Source of the DNA: the human T2T-CHM13v2.0 reference genome, Homo sapiens
Length of the DNA: 64,000 nucleotides
Reading direction: 5' to 3' (one strand)
Assembly: GCF_009914755.1 (NCBI RefSeq)
Contig: NC_060936.1
The stretch's first letter is position 1. Every line of letters starts with the position of its first letter. This document shows positions 53,755 to 64,000 of this stretch, piece by piece. The notes beneath the pieces were generated by a model. The model did not search any database. It was not told the origin of the DNA and worked only from the letters and a program-made list of their open reading frames with translations. Position numbers and translations under genes: made by a program.

Positions 53755-54128
53755 TGATATGGTTTGGCTGTGCCCCACCCCCCAAATCTCATCTTGAATT
53801 GTAGCTCCCATAATTCCCTCATGTTGTGGGAGGGACCCAGTAGGAGATAATTGAATCATGGGGTTGGCTTCCCCCATACTGTTCTCATGGTAGTGAATAA
53901 GTCTCATAAGATCTGATGGTTTTATAAGGGAAAACCCCTTTCATTTGGTTCTCTCATTCTCTCTTGTCTGCCACCATGTAAGAATGTAAGACGTGCCCTT
54001 CACCTTCCACCGTGATTGTGAGGCCTCCCCAGCCACATGGAACTATGAGTCCATTAAACCTCTTTTTCTTTAGAAATCACTCAGTCTCGGATATGTCTTT
54101 ATCAGCAGCATGAAAACGGACTAATACG
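53755..54128 (+). mobile_element. THE1B solo LTR
   Basis: tgatatggtttggctgtg...acggactaatacg; TSD tggcc at 53750-53754 and 54129-54133. Confidence 0.96.
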
Positions 54129-54457
54129 TGGCCACACTCAAGCCCTCACTTCCTTGGTAGCTTGATAATACCTTCAAACATTTTTAAAAATATATTTTAT
54201 CCAGCTTTTCCAGTTATTCTTGGTAGGAGGATTGGTCTACAGCAAAACAACTCACCATTTCTGGAAGCAGAAATTTCTGCAGGACCCTAGGGGGACACAG
54301 ATCCAAAGATAACTCCCACCTTCAAGAAACCTTCTAGGAGACCTTGAGAATTACTACAATGCTGTCTGCTAGATGGGCAGGCTACCAACCTGGTGCAATA
54401 GCTCTTTCCTGGCAACATTTCTTGTGTGCAGTCAGCCACAGGAAACAGTCAATTTTC

Positions 54458-54871
54458 TTTTTTTTTTTTATTCTACTTTAAGTTTTAGGGTACATGTGCA
54501 CAACGTGCCAGTTAGTTACATATGTATACATGTGCCATGTTGGTGTGCTGCACCCAGTAACTCGTCATTTAACATTAGGTATATCTCCAAATGCTATCCC
54601 TCCCCTCTCCCTCCACCCCACAACAGGCCCCGGTGTGTGATGTTCCCCTTCCTGTGTGCATGTGTTCTCATGGTTCAAGTCCCACCTATAAGTGAGAACA
54701 TGTGGTGTTTGGTTTTTTGTCCTTGCGATAGTTTGCTGAGAATGATGGCTTCCATCTTCATCCATGTCCCTACAAAGGACATGAATTCATCATTTTTTAT
54801 GGCTGCATAGTATTCCACGGTGTATATGTGCCACATTTTCTTAATCCAGTCTATCATTGTTGGACATTTGG
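54458..54871 (-). mobile_element. L1PA3/4-like 5'-truncated insertion
   Basis: T tail, ttaagttttagggtacatgtgcacaacgtgc...ccatgtccctacaaaggacatg...tgttggacatttgg; TSD aattttc at 54451-54457 and 54916-54922. Confidence 0.96.
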
Positions 54872-54966
54872 GACATACTGTATATGTGAGTGTTGTTATT
54901 AGTATTTTTAACATTAATTTTCAATGTTAAAAATACTAATAACAACACACACATATACAGTATGTC
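54872..54966. repeat. Inverted repeat, 44-bp arms (1 mismatch), 7-bp loop
   Basis: gacatactgtatatgtgagtgttgttattagtatttttaacatt / aattttc / aatgttaaaaatactaataacaacacacacatatacagtatgtc. Confidence 0.98.
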
Positions 54967-55019
54967 ACAATGCCTTATATGAGGCCAATTAATCATCTCA
55001 TGTGAGCCTCAAAATTGAT

Positions 55020-55325
55020 ACTTTTTATAAAGACAGCTTTATTGAAGTATGATGTACATATAAAATTCACTCATTTTAAGTGCACAATTCAATCATTTTT
55101 AGTAAACTTGCAGAAATGTAACCATCATCAAAATCCAATTCTAGAACATGTCCATCTCCCCAAGAAGACACTTTGCACAAAAGTTACTCACTATTCCCAA
55201 CCCTAGCCCCAGACAACCATTAATCTACTATCTGTCTCCATATATTTGCCTTTGCTGGATATTTCAAACAAACGAAACCCTACAGTGTGTGGTCTTTTAC
55301 ATCTGCCTTCTTTAATTTATCATAG
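55020..55325 (-). mobile_element. L1MB-like 3' end
   Basis: cagctttattgaagtat...aaattcactcattttaagtgcacaattca...cagacaaccattaatctact. Confidence 0.85.
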
Positions 55326-55329
55326 TTGA

Positions 55330-55470
55330 TCTTTAATGTAGGTATTATTAGCCTCACTTTAGAGATGAGAAAATGGAGAATTGGAGAGATTAAAAGACTT
55401 GCCTGAGGTTAATCAGCTGGTGAAAGATAAGGACACCAAGATCTGAACCCACGTCTAAAAGCTTTTTCTC
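55330..55470 (-). mobile_element. MIR
   Basis: gtaggtattattagcctcactttagagatgagaaaatgga...gacttgcctgagg. Confidence 0.8.
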
Positions 55471-56266
55471 CCTACAAAACCACCTTCATCATATGTGAGC
55501 TTCCTGGGAGTCAGAGTCATATTCCATGGGCTCCTAGACCCTGGGTGGTGAGCAAAGGGTCTGCCCCATTGTGGATATACAGGAGTTATTTGTTAAACTG
55601 AAACAAATTTATCCTATATTAGTTCCTGCTTCTATCTCAATTCACCATCCCCAAACACCATTCTGAGTGACCTCCTGTTGCCTGCCATTAGTTGATGTTT
55701 GCTTAGGGACCACACATTTGTGTTATGGCTGACAGAAGAAAAACACAAAGGAAACAAAAAGAAATACAGACATTATGGAAGTACATGCAGCACAAATAGT
55801 TTGTGAGTTTACCACTATTGAAGCTTATGCACTCTAGAGCTCCCAGTGAGCAGATATCTGTGCCCTGATAGAGATGAATTAGGTTTCTCCCTAGCTCCAA
55901 TATCAGCAGCAAAGACTGGAAGAGTGAACTCATTCTCTGCTTACATGGCTCAAATGTAGGTCAAGACACTTCTCTGTGAGCTGTGACCAATAACCAATGT
56001 GTGGGTATTTATCATTCTTCTTTTTTTCTGATTACGCCATTCCTAGTTATCATGACTTAGACTTAACAATAAGTTCTGGGAAAGCAGGGAGAGACCATTC
56101 TAGTCATATTTCATTGATTCTGCTTATATATTCACTACATACATACAAAACAAAACCTAAACATGTAGTAAGCCCCTTCCATCTGTAAATTACTGTGGGA
56201 ATATTAGAGGATATATAATCTGAGTCTCCACTTCTAAGGAATTTTATTATTGAATTTGGAGGCAGT

Positions 56267-56618
56267 TGATATGGTTTGGCTCTGTGTCCCCACCCAAATC
56301 TCATCTCGAATTGTAATCCCCACGTGTCAAGAGGGGAAAATTACTGGATTATCGGGGTGGTTTCCTCCATACTGTTCATGATAGCAAATGAATTCTCATG
56401 AGATCTGATGGTTTTATAAATGGTAGTTTTTCCTGTGCTTTCACATGCTCTCTCTTACCTGCCACCATGTAAGACATGCCTGCTTCCCCTTCCACCATAA
56501 CTAAGTTTCCTGAGGCTTCCCCAGCCATGCAGAGCTGTGAGTCAATTAAACCTCTTTTCTTTATAAATTATCCAGCCTCTGGCAGTTATTTACAGCAGTG
56601 TGAAAATGGAATAATACA
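56267..56618 (+). mobile_element. THE1D/MSTA-like solo LTR
   Basis: tgatatggtttggctctgtg...aataataca; TSD gcagt at 56262-56266 and 56619-56623. Confidence 0.94.
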
Positions 56619-56624
56619 GCAGTA

Positions 56625-56845
56625 GAGAAGAAAGATTAAAAGCACAGGATCTGGAATGATTTTGGCTGACTCCACGACTTACTAGCTGCATTCACATAGG
56701 CAGGTTAGTTAACCTCTCTGTGCCTCAGTCTCCTCATCAGTAGCATGAGGATAAATATAGTATGTGCTTCATAGGGTTGTTACAAGGATTTAAATGATAT
56801 AGGCATGAAAAGGGGCTGGTACAGAGCAAGAATTTAGTGATTGCA
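56625..56845 (+). mobile_element. MIR
   Basis: acttactagctg...ttaacctctctgtgcctcagtctcctcatc...catagggttgtt. Confidence 0.88.
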
Positions 56846-56889
56846 TCCACATATAAATGCATGTCATCAACACAGACCTTCTCTTGTAA

Positions 56890-57062
56890 TTTAGTTAATG
56901 GTATTATACCAATGCCATTTTCTTGTTCAGGTAATATATAGTGATGATGTAAGACAATATCATTGGAAGAAACTAAGTGAAGAGTACATAGGAACTCTAT
57001 ACTATTTTTGCAACTTCTTGTGAGCCCAAAATTATTTCAAAATAAAACATATTTTTAAAAAT
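56890..57062 (+). mobile_element. L1MC-like 3' end
   Basis: ggaactctatactatttttgcaacttcttgtgag...attatttcaaaataaaa. Confidence 0.8.
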
Positions 57063-58219
57063 TTCAAAACCAAATATAAAAATAATAATCATAATGCAGA
57101 CCTTCTCCCCACAAGCCAACCTCTACCACTGTCTCCTACAGCTCCATGCTGTAGCTGCACAACAAAAATTTGCAAAGGATGAAAGATAAAGGGACCATCC
57201 ACATTCCATGGGCACCTTATGGATGCATTTGCACATCCTATTACATTAACTTAGGGAGCTAAGGAATAATCTCAGTGAGCACATGAAAGTTATGTAACTG
57301 CTTTGACCTCACAAGCAGGATGGCAACAGTTGGCAAACTCTTGATGGGGCAGTTGATGGGAGAATTTGAGACCATCTTCATCAGTGACTCCCAATGTGAC
57401 TTTAGGCATATCTCTACATCTCTCTGCACTTCTATATTTTTTTTTTGTTTAAGTATGGTGGAAAACTGCCTAATCCTCTTGGGAATCCAGGATTTGGAAT
57501 GTGATTCACTCAGGATTAAATCATCATTTCCTGCATCTTATTTTACATAATTCAAGAACTCAGAGAGTCAACACTGTTGAAATTTACAATCAGCCTTCAC
57601 AGACTCTGTACTCAAAACATCTGCAAAGCAAAAGAAAGAGTCTATCTCAGAGAACCTCTTTGATAAGACAATAAAAGTTACTTTATTCAACTGGCATCTT
57701 ATTCTCAATGAGCCTATTTGTGCAATTTGAGTGTTGTGCAATTTAGTTATCAAGGTTTTTTTTTTCCTGTCCCTGGAAGACAAGGTCAAGCAGGATGTGC
57801 ATGTTAACACCTTCCACTGACTTAAACAAAGGTAACACCAGATCTAACCCACACTGGTTGGAGAGATTCTCCACACAATATCTTGTGGAGAGATTTTTCT
57901 GCACAAAACTTCCAGATCCACTCTGTGCCATAAAGCTTCAATTCAATGGGATTTCCAGCATCTTGAATTGTTTAGAAATGTCATTTACTCCACTTTTAGG
58001 AATAAGAAGAGATAATTTCCCAAACCCATCCAAGCTGTTACACACTCAATAGATATTTCTTGAACCTCTTTTATGTTCCATATATGGTGCTGAATGCAAG
58101 AAATATAAGAAGAAAGCATGAATACTGCCCTCTTGGAATGCATTGTTGGGTCTGGGAGAAAGACAAATAGCCCTAAAATTATAGCATATTGAGGTAGGCA
58201 TGCACTCCAATGGAGGAAG

Positions 58220-58420
58220 TTTAAGGTAGTGACTCAAAGCACAGGTATTAACAGTCAGAGCTGACATGAAAACCAGACTCTGCCAGCTGCTGGTATGAGG
58301 CTCAGAGGAAGCTACCCCACCTCTTTGAGCCTCATTTTCCTCTGCTTTAAATTTCATAATGCAAATTTGATAATGTGCTTCGCACATGGTAGATACCAAT
58401 GAACACTCAGAGGTGAATAC
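58220..58420 (+). mobile_element. MIR
   Basis: ctctttgagcctcattttcctctgctttaaa. Confidence 0.6.
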
Positions 58421-58691
58421 TAGTTAAATTCCATAACAATATCTCACATTTACACATTTACTTATTTATGCCTTTGGGTTTTTTTTAATTATTATACTTT
58501 AAGTTCTAGGGTACATGTGCACAACATGCAGGTTTGATACATAGGTATACATGTGCCTTGTTGGTGTGCTGCACCCATCAACTCATCATTTACATTAGGT
58601 ATTTCTCCTAATGCTATCCCTCCCCCAGCCCCGCACCCCGATAGGCCCCAGTGTGTGATGTTCCCTCCCTGTGTCCAAGTGATCTCATTGG

Positions 58692-62486
<3,795 letters not shown>

Positions 62487-62549
62487 TATGATGTTCACTG
62501 GTTATTTTGCCCATTAATTGATGTAGTTTCTTCCTAGCATTAGTGGTCT

Positions 62550-63569
62550 TTATAATTTGGCATGTTTTTGCAGTGGCTGGTACCAGTTACTTCTTTCCAT
62601 GTTTAGTGCTTCTTTCAGGAACTCTTGTAAGGCAGGCCTGGTGGTGACAAAATCTCTCAGCATTTACTTGTCCGTAAAGGATTTTATTTCTCCTTCACTT
62701 ATGAAGTTTAGTTTGGCTGGATATGAAATTCTGGGTTGAAAATTCTTTTCTTTAAGAATGTTGAACATTGGCCCCCACTCTCTTCTGGCTTGTAGGGTTT
62801 CTGCTGAGAGATCCACTGTTAGTCTGATGGGCTTCCCTTTGTGGGTAACCTGACCTTTCTCTCTGGCTGCCCTTAACACTTTTTCCTTCATTTCAACCTT
62901 GGTGAATCTGACAATTATGTGTCTTGGGGTTGCCCTTCTCAAGGAGTATCTTTGTGGTGTTCTCTGTGTTTCCTGAATTTGAATGTTGGCCTGCCTTGCT
63001 ATGTTGGAGAAGTTCTCCTGGATAATATACTGAAGAGTGTTTTCCAACTTGGTTCCATTCTCTGCATCACTCTCAGGTACACCAATCAAACGTAGATTTG
63101 GTCTATTCACATAGTCCCATATTTCTTGGAGGCTTTGTTCATTTCTTTTTACTCTTTTTTCTCTAACCTTGTTTTCTTGCTTTATTTCATTAATTTGATC
63201 TTCAATCACTGATACCCTTTCTTCCACTTGATCGAATCAGCTATTGAAGTTTGTGCACGCGTCACGAAGTTCTCGTGCCATGGTTTTCAGCTCCATCAGG
63301 TCATTTAAGGTCTTCTCTATGCTGTTTATTCTAGTTAGCCATTCATCTAATCTTTTTTCAAGGTTTTTAGCTTCCTTGTGGTGGATTCGAACATCCTCCT
63401 TTAGCTCAGAGTTTATTACTGACCTTCTGAAGCCTACTTCTGTTAACTCGTCAAAGTCATTCTCTGTCCAGCTTTGTTCCGTTGCTGGTGAGGAGCTGCA
63501 ATCCTTTGGAGGAGAAGAGGCGCTCTGATTTTTAGAATTTTCAGCTTTTCTGCTCTGGTTTCTCCCCAT
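62550..63569 (-). pseudogene. L1 ORF1, disrupted
   Basis: MGRNQSRKAENSKNQ...; RPNLRLIGVPE; TPRHIIVRF; AREKG; YPAKLNF; internal stop at 63237-63239 and premature stop at 62664. Confidence 0.97.
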
Positions 63570-64000
63570 CTTTGTGGTTTTATCTACCTTTGGTCTTTGG
63601 TGTTGGTGACCTACAGATGGGGTTTTGGTGTAGATGACCTTTTTGTTGATGTTTATGCTATTCCTTTCTGTTTTTTAGTTTTCCTTCTAATAGTCAGGTC
63701 CCTCAGCTGCAGGTCTGTTGGAGTTTGCTAGAGTTCTACTCCAGACCCTGTTTGCCTGGGTATCACCAGCAGAGGCTGCAGAACAGCAAATATTGCTGCC
63801 TGATCCTTCCTCTGGAAGCTTCGTCCCAGAGGGGGAGCCACCTATATGAGATGTCTGTTGTCCCCTACTGGGAGGTGCCTCCCAGTTAGGCTACACGGGA
63901 GTCAGGGACCCACTTGAGGAGGCAGTCTGTCTGTTCTCAGAGCTCAAACGCCATGCTGGGAGAACCACCGCTCTCTTCAGAGCTGTCAGACAGGGACATT

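Larger units (their letters stand above)
52250..54272 (-). mobile_element. Old L1M 5'/ORF1-region fragments (52250-52740, ~53200-54272)
   Basis: tttggaaaattcttgatcactatctcttcaaat...ttccactagttcactaattctctcttc...ccatttctggaagcagaa. Confidence 0.7.

Overview
This is repeat-rich, apparently non-coding primate genomic DNA (intergenic or deep intronic). It is almost certainly human, because it carries an AluYb8 with the diagnostic 7-bp insertion (30501-30807), a human-lineage subfamily. I find no credible host protein-coding exon, RNA gene, CpG island or CRISPR-like array. The long ORFs in the track come from simple repeats, Alu/LTR sequence or broken L1 ORF1/ORF2. Roughly half the window or more is interspersed repeat: about 14 Alus, many MIR/L2 relics, MaLR and ERVL LTRs, hAT and mariner MITEs (five MER20), several L1 3' ends, and a near full-length disrupted L1PA (58478 to the window end, minus strand). 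AT-rich unique blocks with clustered homeodomain/SOX/PBX motifs lie between the repeats and look like candidate enhancers; this is unverified. I cannot support a new multi-gene biological system here. The best signals are mechanistic footprints: (1) an L1 whose 5' junction carries a 44-bp inverted copy of its own target flank ending at the endonuclease nick; (2) an ERV1 env+LTR transcript apparently retroposed by L1 as a processed pseudogene; (3) an old duplication of a motif-rich element whose second copy preserves the empty site of the AluYb8; (4) a tail-less Alu, a three-monomer Alu, a twin-primed L1 and a tandem duplication with a templated junction; (5) a 17-bp GC-box/CCAAT minisatellite. 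Subfamily names come from recalled consensus sequences and boundaries are approximate unless a TSD is quoted; both need RepeatMasker/Dfam confirmation.
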